Shown here: positions 9,313 to 19,064 of the stretch, one piece after another
Layout: the number at the start of each line of letters is the position of its first letter
Position numbering within the stretch: the first letter of the stretch is position 1
Assembly (NCBI GenBank): GCA_001821295.1
Contig: MHSK01000017.1
Span: 31-64,030, forward strand
DNA: 64,000 nucleotides
Reading direction: 5' to 3'
Source of the DNA: Candidatus Taylorbacteria bacterium RIFCSPLOWO2_12_FULL_43_20
GTDB lineage: Bacteria > Patescibacteriota > Minisyncoccia > Phycocordibacterales > HO2-43-120
The notes under the pieces: generated by a model
Seen by the model: only the letters and a program-made list of their open reading frames with translations
Told to the model about the DNA's origin: nothing
Database searches by the model: none
Translations under genes and position numbers: made by a program

Positions 9313-10488
9313 ATGCCTTACAAGTCAACACAAGATGATAGCGTCCGCTCCAAATTTTTCCTCATTTATATTATTGGTTTTTTATTCCATTTGCATGTGG
9401 CTCTTCCCACATATGTTAATTCAACGTTTCTAGCGGGTTTCTCCGGTGAAAAATTCGTGGGGTTAATATATACCCTGTCTTCAATTTTTACCATAGCATT
9501 TTTTGTATACATCCCGCATGTCCTGGAAAAAATCGGTAATTACAGGGCGATAATATCGCTTATGTCCTTGCAATTTGTGGCATTAATGGGCTTAGCTTTC
9601 GGTAATAATTTGATTGTAGTGGCCTCAGCTTTTATCGTAAGTTTCGTAACCATCTCCTTGTCGGCATTCAGCATAGATGTTTTCATTGAAGAATTTTCAC
9701 CCAATGAATCAGTGGGGAAGATCAGGGGGTTTTTCCTAACTATTGTTAACCTTGCCTGGATTCTCTCTCCTCTCCTGGTCGGTGTTATTCTTACGAACGG
9801 TGATTATTATAAAGTGTATCTGGCCGCGGCAATTCTCTTATTACCGGCAATCGGCATAGTCCATAAGTTCAAAAAATTCCGCGATCCTTTTTACAACAAA
9901 ACTCCGTATCTGAAAACAATGCTAGCGACATGGAAAGACAAAGACGTGCTCGGGTCTCTTATTATAAATTTCCTGCTTAATTTTTTCTTCGCTTGGATGG
10001 TTATATATACTCCGATCTATCTTTACCAGCATATAGGTTTCAGTTGGAGCCAAATAGGTATAATATTCAGCATAATGCTTGTGCCATTTGCCATATTGGA
10101 AATTCCTCTTGGCAAACTTGCGGACTCTAAGTACGGAGAGAAAGAAATACTGTCTATAGGGTTTATAATTATGTCTATCTCAACCGCTCTGATCTCGTTC
10201 ATTTCTAGCAACAATTTCATCATCTGGACCTTAATTCTTTTCACTACGAGAACAGGTGCGGCAATGGTAGAGATAATGATTGAGACTTATTTTTTTAAGA
10301 AAGTCCCCGACACTGAAGTTAACATCCTTAGTTTATTCCGAACAATGAGGCCATGGGCCTATCTTATTAGCCCAGTAGCCGCTTCCTTCTTGTTTGTTTT
10401 CGTAGACATCAGATATATATTTATATTTCTTGGTCTCCTGATGTTCTACGGCCTGCGATTCACTTTAGCGCTTAAAGATACTAAATAA
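9313..10488 (+). CDS. MFS transporter
   Basis: About 12 TM segments; GKLADSKYGEK motif A. Confidence 0.88.
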   Translation: MPYKSTQDDSVRSKFFLIYIIGFLFHLHVALPTYVNSTFLAGFSGEKFVGLIYTLSSIFTIAFFVYIPHVLEKIGNYRAIISLMSLQFVALMGLAFGNNLIVVASAFIVSFVTISLSAFSIDVFIEEFSPNESVGKIRGFFLTIVNLAWILSPLLVGVILTNGDYYKVYLAAAILLLPAIGIVHKFKKFRDPFYNKTPYLKTMLATWKDKDVLGSLIINFLLNFFFAWMVIYTPIYLYQHIGFSWSQIGIIFSIMLVPFAILEIPLGKLADSKYGEKEILSIGFIIMSISTALISFISSNNFIIWTLILFTTRTGAAMVEIMIETYFFKKVPDTEVNILSLFRTMRPWAYLISPVAASFLFVFVDIRYIFIFLGLLMFYGLRFTLALKDTK

Positions 10489-10520
10489 TTGAAGTATAAA
10501 ATACGCATATCGTCCCCGAC

Positions 10521-10551
10521 AAGAATGTCAACGCTTAGCGTTGACATTCTT
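10521..10551. repeat. Palindrome family H (copy 1)
   Basis: AAGAATGTCAACGCTTAGCGTTGACATTCTT; related to 48278-48306; lies between convergent genes. Confidence 0.75.
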
Positions 10552-10576
10552 GGGAGAAAAAATAACTTCAAGACGC

Positions 10577-11440
10577 TTATGCGTTTTGCGCCACGCATTC
10601 ATTATAAACCCGAACTGATTCATTGAACTCCTCAACAACTTCCCTCAGCGCTCTCAGTATTTCATTATACTGTGATACTAAAATATTATATTCGTCTATT
10701 TTCGCGTTGTATTCGGCTCCCCTCTTTGGTTTATAAGATTCTATACTTTCCTTTTTTTGCTTAATTTCCATTTCAATGACTTGGAGCTCTTTTTCCGTAC
10801 TCGCTATTTTTCTTTTTATTTCCTTGTCGGGCCTCGCGCAAGAAGACGAAGGATTGGCGAATATTTGTACTCCCAGCCACACTTGTTCACCTTCGAATTC
10901 CCCCTTTTTCACAGATATTCCGATTTCTTTATAATTCTGATTCATTATATTAGCGCGATGACCGGGACTATCCATCCAAGCCCGCACCAGTTCCGAATCA
11001 TCCTTAAAATTACCCTGAGCGAGATTCTCCCCAATTATTATATATTCATATCCGACCTTCTTCGCAAAATCCGAAACAGCTAACCCCTGAGGAGAAACGT
11101 GCGCGAAATACTTTCCTGCGAACATATCGTCAACTTTTTCCTCCGCCGCTACATCAAGGGGGCTCGATTGAGTCAGTTCATTCAGTCCCTCCTTCGCGCG
11201 TTCATTGTTCGTATACAACAAGACTCCTTCTTTCGTTAGACGAGAAGATGGATGAGCTTTGCCCAAATACCTAAGCGGCTCCGGGGTAATAATTCTCTCC
11301 GGCAAAATCCATGAAACAAATTCCTCCGTGTGGCTTTCAATATTTTTTAAACTGCCTTTGGATTCCCATAAGACAATAAAAATAACAACAAGCGCCGCTA
11401 CTGTTACAAACCGCCAAAATGTGTAATTTGTGGATCTCAT
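10577..11440 (-). CDS. CAP (SCP) domain protein with C-terminal coiled coil
   Basis: TNNER, YFAH, GENLA, WMDSPGHRANI. Confidence 0.92.
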   Translation of the reverse strand: MRSTNYTFWRFVTVAALVVIFIVLWESKGSLKNIESHTEEFVSWILPERIITPEPLRYLGKAHPSSRLTKEGVLLYTNNERAKEGLNELTQSSPLDVAAEEKVDDMFAGKYFAHVSPQGLAVSDFAKKVGYEYIIIGENLAQGNFKDDSELVRAWMDSPGHRANIMNQNYKEIGISVKKGEFEGEQVWLGVQIFANPSSSCARPDKEIKRKIASTEKELQVIEMEIKQKKESIESYKPKRGAEYNAKIDEYNILVSQYNEILRALREVVEEFNESVRVYNECVAQNA

Positions 11441-11465
11441 TTATACCGATTATCGTGTGAAAAAC

Positions 11466-12413
11466 TTATGGCTGAAGAATATCTTCCGTCCTGCCATTAA
11501 TGGAAATGACAACACTGTCAACGGTTTGAAATTGCTTTAATGTTTCGGCAATTTGGCTTCTTACGGCGGCGACTCGGCAAGACCCTCCAACATTCTCGTC
11601 TAAAGACTCGTCGAAATCAATATAGGCCGTACCATCGGCTATGGTGAGACGCTGTATTTTAACTCCGGTATTTAGCGACGTGAAATAACCTTCACTCAAT
11701 TCATTTTCCGTCGGACCGGTCAAAAGTTCTTCAATCGCCGCTCGTGCTGGAGCGGCCGTCTTCGGAACTCTACGCTTGACCGCAAATACCTCATCGCACT
11801 CAACCTGTTGTCCTGACTGTGAATCTTTTGAAAAATACACTTCCACAACCATACTTTCTTCGTTTTGTTTGAATTTTATTGGAAGAGAATATTCTGCTTG
11901 ATTTTCAGGTAATCCAGACGGATTGGCTTTCTCGAATATTACCCTGCCATTATCCGTAAGAGGTGCTTCAAAAACAGCCGTCGCGCTAAACGGTACAAGC
12001 TCTTCCGTCATCCACTCTCCCTCTGCTTGCGCTATAAATTCTGAAATCGTCGCTCCATTAGAATCAACAACGCGCCCGCTAAATGACCCCTCAAAGAACC
12101 ACGTTCCCTTTGCTTTTCCTCTGATATCAAGCGGGCTTGATACTGTGCCGTTATATTTTGGATTATCAACCTCTATCACACCATCAAAACTGACATCATC
12201 CTCCACGATATCCTTAATTTCCTCAATAAACAGTCGCCCATCTTCAGTCCTGCACATTCGCGGATAACTTTCCATAACAAGATTGCCTTCGTCAACGCAT
12301 TCTTCAAAACTGGAAATTTTTTCCTTTTTGCTCGCATCATATTGGTAAATACCAATAGCGATTGCTACCGCCACAACTATAACTATAGCCGATATTGCGA
12401 CTTTTTTACTCAT
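11466..12413 (-). CDS. Gmad2 Ig-like + GerMN domain protein
   Basis: SFEECV...MESYPRMC, WFFEGSF, NPSGLPE, LLTGPT, GGSCRV...QI..TL.QF. Confidence 0.85.
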   Translation of the reverse strand: MSKKVAISAIVIVVAVAIAIGIYQYDASKKEKISSFEECVDEGNLVMESYPRMCRTEDGRLFIEEIKDIVEDDVSFDGVIEVDNPKYNGTVSSPLDIRGKAKGTWFFEGSFSGRVVDSNGATISEFIAQAEGEWMTEELVPFSATAVFEAPLTDNGRVIFEKANPSGLPENQAEYSLPIKFKQNEESMVVEVYFSKDSQSGQQVECDEVFAVKRRVPKTAAPARAAIEELLTGPTENELSEGYFTSLNTGVKIQRLTIADGTAYIDFDESLDENVGGSCRVAAVRSQIAETLKQFQTVDSVVISINGRTEDILQP

Positions 12414-12426
12414 AGTTCCTCAGTTA

Positions 12427-12526
12427 TTTATTTCGGCTAGCGAGGAGCGTGTGAATGATTCATATCATTCACGACGTCCGAGCGAAGACGAAACAAAGGT
12501 TCAATATCTCGGTAACTTCGTCCCGA
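12427..12526. repeat. About 100-bp imperfect palindrome, family F
   Basis: Reverse complement of the unit tandemly repeated at 33608-33797. Confidence 0.85.
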
Positions 12527-12533
12527 TGAAGCA

Positions 12534-12908
12534 TTATTTCTTTTTTGGGGAAGATTTTTCAGCGGCGCTTATGCTCTTCTTTATGTTTTTCCACTGATTT
12601 TTAAGCTCATTCACAAACACGGCTATTTCTTCCGGATCCGCCTGTTTTAATTTCTTGTACTTGTCAGACACTTCATGCACTATCTTGTTGTACAAATTTT
12701 CATTAACTTCTTTTAAGTTTTCAATACGGTCCAGAACATCCGCTTTCGCTCTTAATGACCAGCTTCTGATTTTCTTTCTTTTTTTCTTTCCGCCTTCCGT
12801 GCCATAAAGCAAATAAGCTCCAGCAGCAGCGACCACCGCGATAGCGGTAACACTCCCGGCTATAATCTTCTTCTTTTTATTTGAATTATTGTTGTTATTT
12901 TTTGCCAT
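12534..12908 (-). CDS. Small membrane-anchored basic hypothetical protein (YtxH-like N-terminus)
   Basis: AAAGAYLLYG..G followed by a Lys-rich helix. Confidence 0.7.
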   Translation of the reverse strand: MAKNNNNNSNKKKKIIAGSVTAIAVVAAAGAYLLYGTEGGKKKRKKIRSWSLRAKADVLDRIENLKEVNENLYNKIVHEVSDKYKKLKQADPEEIAVFVNELKNQWKNIKKSISAAEKSSPKKK

Positions 12909-12947
12909 AATAATTTATTTTAGGACTTCTATATTTAATGATAATTT

Positions 12948-13241
12948 TCACACTTGATGATCATCCTTGCCTCGTTTGGCATAAGATCTGCGCTTAAAAA
13001 CACCTTTGAAAAATTTGTAGACATGCGCCGCACGGAAACCTTCTTCTTTGACTCTACCTCTTAAAGCTGTAATGTCCTCTATAATGTTATCGCTTTCATT
13101 CTTAATCTTTTCCGATATATATTTCATATTCTTCAGTATTTTGATCACATAGTAGATGGCAACTACCAAACCCAACGCCACAATTACAACCACAATGGTC
13201 GTCACAAAGAAAAATATATCCGCTTTTACTAATGTCTCCAT
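12948..13241 (-). CDS. Small single-TM hypothetical protein
   Basis: ADIFFFVTT TM segment and coiled coil; TG-a-TATAAT 6 nt before ATG. Confidence 0.75.
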   Translation of the reverse strand: METLVKADIFFFVTTIVVVIVALGLVVAIYYVIKILKNMKYISEKIKNESDNIIEDITALRGRVKEEGFRAAHVYKFFKGVFKRRSYAKRGKDDHQV

Positions 13242-13276
13242 GTTATCATTATATCATATTGTACTCTGCAGTACCT

Positions 13277-13930
13277 CTATTTTTCATCTACCATAACACT
13301 GATAATTTTGACTTCCTCAAGAGGACGATCCGCATCTCCCGTATCCAACGCGCCTATCTTGTCCACCACATCTTGTCCTTTTACGACTTTGCCGAAAATT
13401 GTGTAACTCGGCGGCAAAGGGTAATCTTCAAGCATAATGAAAAATTGGCTGCCGTTCGTGTTCGGTCCTCTGTTCGCCATAGCCACTACACCTTTCTTAT
13501 ATCCCCTTTTATAAGATTCGGTTTCAGGATTGAGCTCATCATCAAAAACATATCCGGGCCCACCAGAGCCTGTACCCGTAGGGTCTCCACCTTGGATCAT
13601 GAATCCTGCGATTACGCGATGAAAGATAGTACCGTTATAGAACCCCTTGCGAGCCAGGTCGGTAAAATTTTTTGAGGCTGTTGGCGCGTCCGCGTCAAAG
13701 GTCTCAAAAACTATTTCCCCATGATTCGTTTGCAATGTAACCATATGCTTAAGATTAACAGCTTGTTTAATATTACTCAATGCCTCCCCTGAAGAGAGCG
13801 GTGTCTCTGAAAGCAAAACCTCCTCCGTCTGTAACACATCGGTTGTTTTTTCCCTCAAAGAATAGTAATAAATAGCCCCTACGGCTACAACACAAATAAT
13901 GACCGATATAATAATATTTCTCACATGCAT
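13277..13930 (-). CDS. Cyclophilin-type peptidyl-prolyl isomerase, membrane-anchored
   Basis: FHRVIAGFMIQGGDP, AMANRGPNTNGSQFFI. Confidence 0.95.
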   Translation of the reverse strand: MHVRNIIISVIICVVAVGAIYYYSLREKTTDVLQTEEVLLSETPLSSGEALSNIKQAVNLKHMVTLQTNHGEIVFETFDADAPTASKNFTDLARKGFYNGTIFHRVIAGFMIQGGDPTGTGSGGPGYVFDDELNPETESYKRGYKKGVVAMANRGPNTNGSQFFIMLEDYPLPPSYTIFGKVVKGQDVVDKIGALDTGDADRPLEEVKIISVMVDEK

Positions 13931-13985
13931 ATATATTAAATTATAAACTAACAACTGGGGTTTTTCTCTTACTGTCAACCTTAAT

Positions 13986-15203
13986 CTAAACAGTGAACAT
14001 CCCCTCTTTGTATATGATTTTTTTGTCCCCGTTTTTCATATAAGCGGTAACCGTGCGAGGAGCAGTGGAAATAATATCGGTATGTACTGACGAATCATTA
14101 TACCCCAAACGTTCCCAATCTTCAGGCGACAGCTCGCCGGGATCACCGATGTAGCAGTCGTGGTACGACTTTCCAAGCGCCAGATGCGTATTACCGTCGG
14201 GCCCTCCGATGTTCTCATCAAACAAAGTCTCCGCCATAAATTTAGTAATTCTGGAAAAACGCTTATCCGTGAGCGAATATTCCCCTATTTTGTCAGCGTG
14301 CTCCGTTTTTATCATCTCTCGGAGGACATTTTCATTCTTAGAGGCGTTGGCTTTCACCACTCGCCCGTTCTTAAACTCCAGACGTATTCCCTCTATCAAT
14401 ACTCCATAGCGGTAAAGCGGTTGGTTGAACTTGATCCAGCCCTCCGTCCCCCGCCAGTCGGGCGACGTAAAAAGCTCAAAACTCGGAATGTTTCTTCCAG
14501 ATCCGCCCATCCAAGCGCGCTTATCTCCCAGATTGACCCAAAGGTCGGCATCCGGACCTAGAACATGCAGTTTGTCTATCGGCATCCGGTTCAAACGACC
14601 TCTTATTTTCTCCAATCCTTTATACAGCTTTTTCCATTCAGAAATGGGATTTTTTTTATCAAGAAGACACGCTTTAATGATTTGATCCCAATACTCCTCG
14701 AGGCCAAGTCTCGCCTCTTTTGCCATTGCCTCTGTGCCATACAATCCCAACGTCCAGGTATATTTGCCTTTGTTTTCTTTCGCGTTCCTCCAGTCCATAT
14801 ACGGCTTCCAAGCCAATCCTCTTCGCATTATTTTTTTCGGATTTATGCCTTCCAATTCATGTTTATCAATCTCACTAAGTATAAAAATCGTATGATCAAT
14901 TTCATCCACTAAACCTCTGGCAAATTTCTCCGGAAAAAAATCCAGCTGATGATCTTTTGCGTGTTCAAAAAAATCTCTATCAAACGGAAACCTATCGCCG
15001 CTATCGGGGCGGTAATCCCCGATCACATGCCCACCCGCTTTTAATATCGCGACCTTAAGTTCCCTGTATAGCGGCTTGGCTGCCTCATAGGCCACAAGGT
15101 GCACCACTTCACCTTTCTTTACTCCCCTGCCTCCGCCGAGAGCGAAATTGACGAGCACGTCGGCGTATTTTTCCAAAATTTTTTTTGACAGCGTATAACT
15201 CAT
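13986..15203 (-). CDS. Aminopeptidase (M29 family)
   Basis: NIPSFELFTSP, TLFDENIG, HLALG, SSVHTD. Confidence 0.9.
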   Translation of the reverse strand: MSYTLSKKILEKYADVLVNFALGGGRGVKKGEVVHLVAYEAAKPLYRELKVAILKAGGHVIGDYRPDSGDRFPFDRDFFEHAKDHQLDFFPEKFARGLVDEIDHTIFILSEIDKHELEGINPKKIMRRGLAWKPYMDWRNAKENKGKYTWTLGLYGTEAMAKEARLGLEEYWDQIIKACLLDKKNPISEWKKLYKGLEKIRGRLNRMPIDKLHVLGPDADLWVNLGDKRAWMGGSGRNIPSFELFTSPDWRGTEGWIKFNQPLYRYGVLIEGIRLEFKNGRVVKANASKNENVLREMIKTEHADKIGEYSLTDKRFSRITKFMAETLFDENIGGPDGNTHLALGKSYHDCYIGDPGELSPEDWERLGYNDSSVHTDIISTAPRTVTAYMKNGDKKIIYKEGMFTV

Positions 15204-15279
15204 TAAATCATGATACAACAAACACGAGCCGAAGCAACCACATCAAGGTTAAACCTTGATATTATATGTACCGAGAAAA

Positions 15280-15423
15280 GTAACTGCTCACAAGACCGAG
15301 TGGTGTCATTCCCGCGAAGGCGGGAATCTAGGCCATATTTTGATCTGGATTCCCGTTTTCACGGGAATGACAGAAGAAAAGAAGGCTGTGGTGTGGCCAT
15401 TACTCGGTCTTGTGAGGAGTTAC
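15280..15423. mobile_element. 144-bp MITE, TIR-2 family, 8-bp TSD CGAGAAAA
   Basis: GTAACTGCTCACAAGACCGAGT...ACTCGGTCTTGTGAGGAGTTAC; CGAGAAAA on both flanks; apparently identical inverted copy at 54195-54338. Confidence 0.9.
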
Positions 15424-15530
15424 CGAGAAAATCATTGACAACTTTGTTTTTCTTTGTTATTATAACTGCAGATTTTCAGAGACGATTGTTCGCATGAAGC
15501 GACGATTTGATCTTTGACATGAAAGGAAAG

Positions 15531-16751
15531 ATGCCAAAAGCAAACTATGTGATTGATGAGAGTGAAATGATATCGCCGTCGGTTTTTTTCATCTGGGTGA
15601 TAATTATTGATACGATACTGGTAATAACCGGCCTCATATTGTTGAGCCAGACCGTGTGGGTAATCAATGTCGGAAAATACATGTTAACACTGCTTGCCAT
15701 TTACCACCTAATAAGTATAGGCAAGCAGGACGCCGACAAGGTGGGTGTTAAATTATTCATGGGAAGGAGACTGTATCGCCTAGAACCCGGAATAGTTTTC
15801 GTGCCACGCCTGATCTGCAAACAAGTAACAGCTGCCAGGAGACAGATTCTTGTATTAGCAGGAACAGCCAAATCAGCTGAAGAGAAAGCTATACTTGAGT
15901 CGGAGATTAAAGAAGCAGAAAAAAGAAACGTCGAAGTCATCAGAATGCCCGAGCCGCAAAGAATTACCTTCGCTGAAGGACAAGATGACAAAAACACAGA
16001 CGAATTGGACAGGCGTATAACCTCTGACCCGATAGTGATCCTCATTTTTGTAGTTGAGGACATGTGGCCGTTTTGGGTGAAGATGGGCAACGTGTACAAC
16101 GCCGCATATATTCTTATTGAAACAGCAATAACGGTTCTGCAAGAAAAATGCGCAAAACTCACTGCGGCAAAAGCGCTTGAGAAAATTAATAGGCTGAATG
16201 AAGGCATTACGGAAAGAATCGAGGAGCTCATAGGAGAAAGAGAAACAAAAAACAAAGATGGCACACGTGATATGTGTCCATGGTGGGGCATAGACCTGGT
16301 AAGTGCCCGTGTAAAAAGCATGGGGTTTCCGAGACGAGTCAACGAAGCAATTGCAAACAAAAGGCAAACGATTATCGGCTCGCAAGGTCAAAAACTAAAA
16401 CTCATAAACGAAGGCACAGGTACAGCAGAGGCGCGCAAAAAATGGTTAAACGCCGAAGCTGATGGTCTTAAAAGGCAGGGGGAAATCGCCGAGAGTGAAG
16501 GGGGAAAAGTCGCTTATCAGGCACAAATCATGCGCGAAGCTTTGGAAAGATCAAACTACACGATATTTTCCGGACCCGCGGCTGAGAGCTTGATCAACAT
16601 GCAAGATATTGCAAAAGGGCTAGCGGTAGCGCGGCAAGAAGGAAAAAATATCACCGACAAAAAAACAGATGTTTCTTCCACTGATAAAAAGAAAAACCCC
16701 AAAACCTCGGGAAAGCCAAAAGAGGAAAAAAAAGGGGGGGAGGAGAACTAA
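15531..16751 (+). CDS. SPFH (band 7) domain membrane protein
   Basis: Two N-terminal TMs, GVKLFMG...LEPGIVF, WGIDL, GTAEA...AEADG; GAAAGGAAAG precedes ATG 15531. Confidence 0.72.
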   Translation: MPKANYVIDESEMISPSVFFIWVIIIDTILVITGLILLSQTVWVINVGKYMLTLLAIYHLISIGKQDADKVGVKLFMGRRLYRLEPGIVFVPRLICKQVTAARRQILVLAGTAKSAEEKAILESEIKEAEKRNVEVIRMPEPQRITFAEGQDDKNTDELDRRITSDPIVILIFVVEDMWPFWVKMGNVYNAAYILIETAITVLQEKCAKLTAAKALEKINRLNEGITERIEELIGERETKNKDGTRDMCPWWGIDLVSARVKSMGFPRRVNEAIANKRQTIIGSQGQKLKLINEGTGTAEARKKWLNAEADGLKRQGEIAESEGGKVAYQAQIMREALERSNYTIFSGPAAESLINMQDIAKGLAVARQEGKNITDKKTDVSSTDKKKNPKTSGKPKEEKKGGEEN

Positions 16752-16754
16752 ACT

Positions 16755-17414
16755 ATGGACTGGTCTATATTTTTAGCATTCCTAACTGCAGCCATCGCAT
16801 TCGCCGTATATATTGTAATCAAGAAGCCCTACGCCACGTCAAAACTCAAGAGTGTAAACGTGGCTCAAGGTGTTTCTATTGCAAAAAATACGGGAAAGAT
16901 TGTCGCGAAATTGCCGAGGATCATATTTTTGGCACTCGTTGGCATCTTCATCCTCACCATTCTCGGGGCTTTCACCATAGCCACAACGAGATGGTTATTC
17001 GGGAAGCCGTTTGGTCACTCTGAGGTCTATAGGACTGGCCCACTTGAAAATACGTGGTGGGCAATGTGGAAAAGTCCGCCGGGTGTGGTGAGCGTACCAT
17101 CGGAAATGGTTTTTCCGAACGTCACAGTGACGAAGTATGACAGTCGCAATCTGGTCTTTCAGATTCCGTCCGTCAATGACGACGGCACACAGATCATTGG
17201 AATGTACACCGGCCTGTCTGAAAAGCAGGACGGGCAATATGTCGGAATGTGGGCAGCCGTTACCAACTTCACTGCGTCAAGCGGCCCCATCTCAAGGTGG
17301 CACCTGTCCGGCTCTGCTGAGACAGGGTTCGCCGGCCAAATAGAAAACCCGGTAGAGACAAACTACTACTGGGCGGCATTCACACTAGTGCCGAAGTTCA
17401 AGATCAACAAATAG
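16755..17414 (+). CDS. Hypothetical membrane protein, operon partner of the SPFH gene
   Basis: Starts 3 nt after the SPFH stop with AGGAG upstream; two TM segments. Confidence 0.7.
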   Translation: MDWSIFLAFLTAAIAFAVYIVIKKPYATSKLKSVNVAQGVSIAKNTGKIVAKLPRIIFLALVGIFILTILGAFTIATTRWLFGKPFGHSEVYRTGPLENTWWAMWKSPPGVVSVPSEMVFPNVTVTKYDSRNLVFQIPSVNDDGTQIIGMYTGLSEKQDGQYVGMWAAVTNFTASSGPISRWHLSGSAETGFAGQIENPVETNYYWAAFTLVPKFKINK

Positions 17415-17419
17415 CACAC

Positions 17420-17459
17420 GCGCGAGGATGAGTTTACTCTCCTCGCGCTTTTTTATTTT
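17420..17459 (+). terminator. Intrinsic terminator
   Basis: GCGCGAGGA...TCCTCGCGC followed by a T-tract. Confidence 0.7.
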
Positions 17460-17468
17460 ATGAAATTA

Positions 17469-17625
17469 TAGGACTTACGCGTTTCGTCATAATTTAAAAC
17501 ATTTCCCATCTATCATTCCCACTTTCTTCTGTCATTCCCGCGAAAGCGGGAATCCAGTGTATGCAGATAAAAACCTGGATTCCCGCTTTCGCGGGAATGA
17601 CACCACTCGGGGTTGTGGACAGATG
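17469..17625. mobile_element. Chimeric MITE: TIR-1 left end, ATTCCC-N8-GGGAAT core, TIR-2-like right end
   Basis: Left TAGGACTTACGC; right GAATGACACCACTCGGGGTTGTGGACAGATG resembles 39481-39512. Confidence 0.65.
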
Positions 17626-17627
17626 CT

Positions 17628-17990
17628 TTATTGCGGTTTTACTCTTGGTACACCTATGGTTTTATCGTCCGATATTCCAAAATCCTTCCTTATGAACTCT
17701 ACTATTCCCCATATTGAAACCATGATAAATAATGCTATTATACCCCCCGTCATTATTCTTTTACCTCTTGCTTTGGCCTCCTCGCTTCCCGACAAAAAAA
17801 TGTATTTAGCCACCCCCCAGAAAAAAACCAAGAGGGCAACTGCAAATACTATAGTGGTTAATTTACCAACAAGATTTCCGAATTGCGGAATCAGTGTGCC
17901 CAGTAAGGGCAGGTCGCGAGCATCATTCTGTGCGAAAACGAACACAGGAGATATTAGAGCAAGTGTAATTAATATACAAACTTTTTTCAT
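17628..17990 (-). CDS. VirB2/TrbC-like pilin (CPR type)
   Basis: Signal peptide ending AQ; ALLVFFWG...G+..M..GIIALFIMVSIWGIV. Confidence 0.8.
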   Translation of the reverse strand: MKKVCILITLALISPVFVFAQNDARDLPLLGTLIPQFGNLVGKLTTIVFAVALLVFFWGVAKYIFLSGSEEAKARGKRIMTGGIIALFIMVSIWGIVEFIRKDFGISDDKTIGVPRVKPQ

Positions 17991-18044
17991 TTTTTGCGTA
18001 TTTTAACACAAAAACCGCGCAAGGCGGTTTTTGTTAGTTGTAAC

Positions 18045-18311
18045 CTAGAATCCCAGATAACTCGGCAAAGGAATTCCGAAGCTGTTCAAAACAATTCTGA
18101 TAAGAGCATAAACAACCATCATCACGAACAACCCTTTTATTCCCCAATCCATAGCCGACTTGCCTTTTTGCCGCCCCTCCTCGCTTGCCGAATGCGCAAT
18201 AAACTGCAAAATACCCCAGAAAAAAACCAGAAGAGCGACAGTGAACAGGAGAATTATTATCGGATTCAGTATATACTGATTAATCCGATTTAATAGCGGC
18301 TCTATGGTCAT
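18045..18311 (-). CDS. VirB2/TrbC-like pilin (short form, no signal peptide)
   Basis: ILNPII.LLF.VALLVFFWG...GK..M.WGI.GLFVM. Confidence 0.78.
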   Translation of the reverse strand: MTIEPLLNRINQYILNPIIILLFTVALLVFFWGILQFIAHSASEEGRQKGKSAMDWGIKGLFVMMVVYALIRIVLNSFGIPLPSYLGF

Positions 18312-18327
18312 TAGTTAAAACGCAAAA

Positions 18328-18678
18328 CTATCTTATATTTACACCGGGAGCGTTCACATCTTGCGGATCTGTATCAATACCTGTTGCCTCTCCGATAAAT
18401 GTCACAATACCCCAGATTGCCGACATTATAAACAGAGCTATTATACCGCCAATCATTATTCTCCTGCCTTCCGCTTTAGCCTCTTCGCTTCCAGCGGCCA
18501 AAATGTATTTTGCGAGCCCCCAGAAAAAGACGAGAAGCGCGATAGCAAAGACGACAGGTATCAATGTGTCAACAATTTCTCCGAATGAAGTAGCCAACCG
18601 TTGTAAATTGGATAAATCCTGAGCCAATGCAAGCGCGGGCGTTAATAATACTGCACTCAATACAAGAACTTTTTTCAT
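18328..18678 (-). CDS. VirB2/TrbC-like pilin
   Basis: MKK...ALAQ; LIPVVFAIALLVFFWG; GIIALFIMSAIWGIV. Confidence 0.82.
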   Translation of the reverse strand: MKKVLVLSAVLLTPALALAQDLSNLQRLATSFGEIVDTLIPVVFAIALLVFFWGLAKYILAAGSEEAKAEGRRIMIGGIIALFIMSAIWGIVTFIGEATGIDTDPQDVNAPGVNIR

Positions 18679-18724
18679 TAATATATTTATAGTTATTAAT
18701 AATATATATAGACCTTTTGTCTTA

Positions 18725-18902
18725 GGACTCGTCCAGAAATAAATTCCTCGGATTGTGTTCAATGCGCAGAGAATACGGTCTTCGCGATTGAGAAAAATCT
18801 TGAGGCGTACTCTAAGTACGATGAAAGATTTTGCGATTGAGCGGAGATTGTAGTCTATGATGCAGTGGACGCAAGGCGGGGGAGTTATTTATGAACGAGT
18901 CC
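18725..18902. mobile_element. 178-bp MITE-like element with TTA target duplication
   Basis: GGACTCGTCCAGAAATAA / TTATTTATGAACGAGTCC with TTA on both sides; central CGTAC..GTACG hairpin. Confidence 0.75.
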
Positions 18903-18961
18903 TTAGTGTCAATTATACATAATGCCGAGTAGATATAACAAGCTAAACTGTGGATAATATC

Positions 18962-19049
18962 ACGCATATCCCCTCACGGGGTAACTAGATCATTCATGGC
19001 TTTGAATATGGGTCAATAATTGCAATTACCCCATCAAGGGATACACGTG
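18962..19049. repeat. Imperfect inverted repeat
   Basis: CACGCATATCCCCTCACGGGGTAA ... TTACCCCATCAAGGGGATACACGTG. Confidence 0.55.
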
Positions 19050-19064
19050 GATAATATAGCCGGA

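Noticed and set aside
15210-15497. ORFs containing SFPRRRES/LDSRFHGND or CHSREGGN (also 17557, 54108, 54118)
   Set aside because: They are translations of the ATTCCC-N8-GGGAAT MITE core, not genes.
18949-19055. DnaA-box-like TGTGGATAA (also near 57227) as oriC
   Set aside because: Isolated boxes, no dense cluster, and no dnaA/dnaN nearby.
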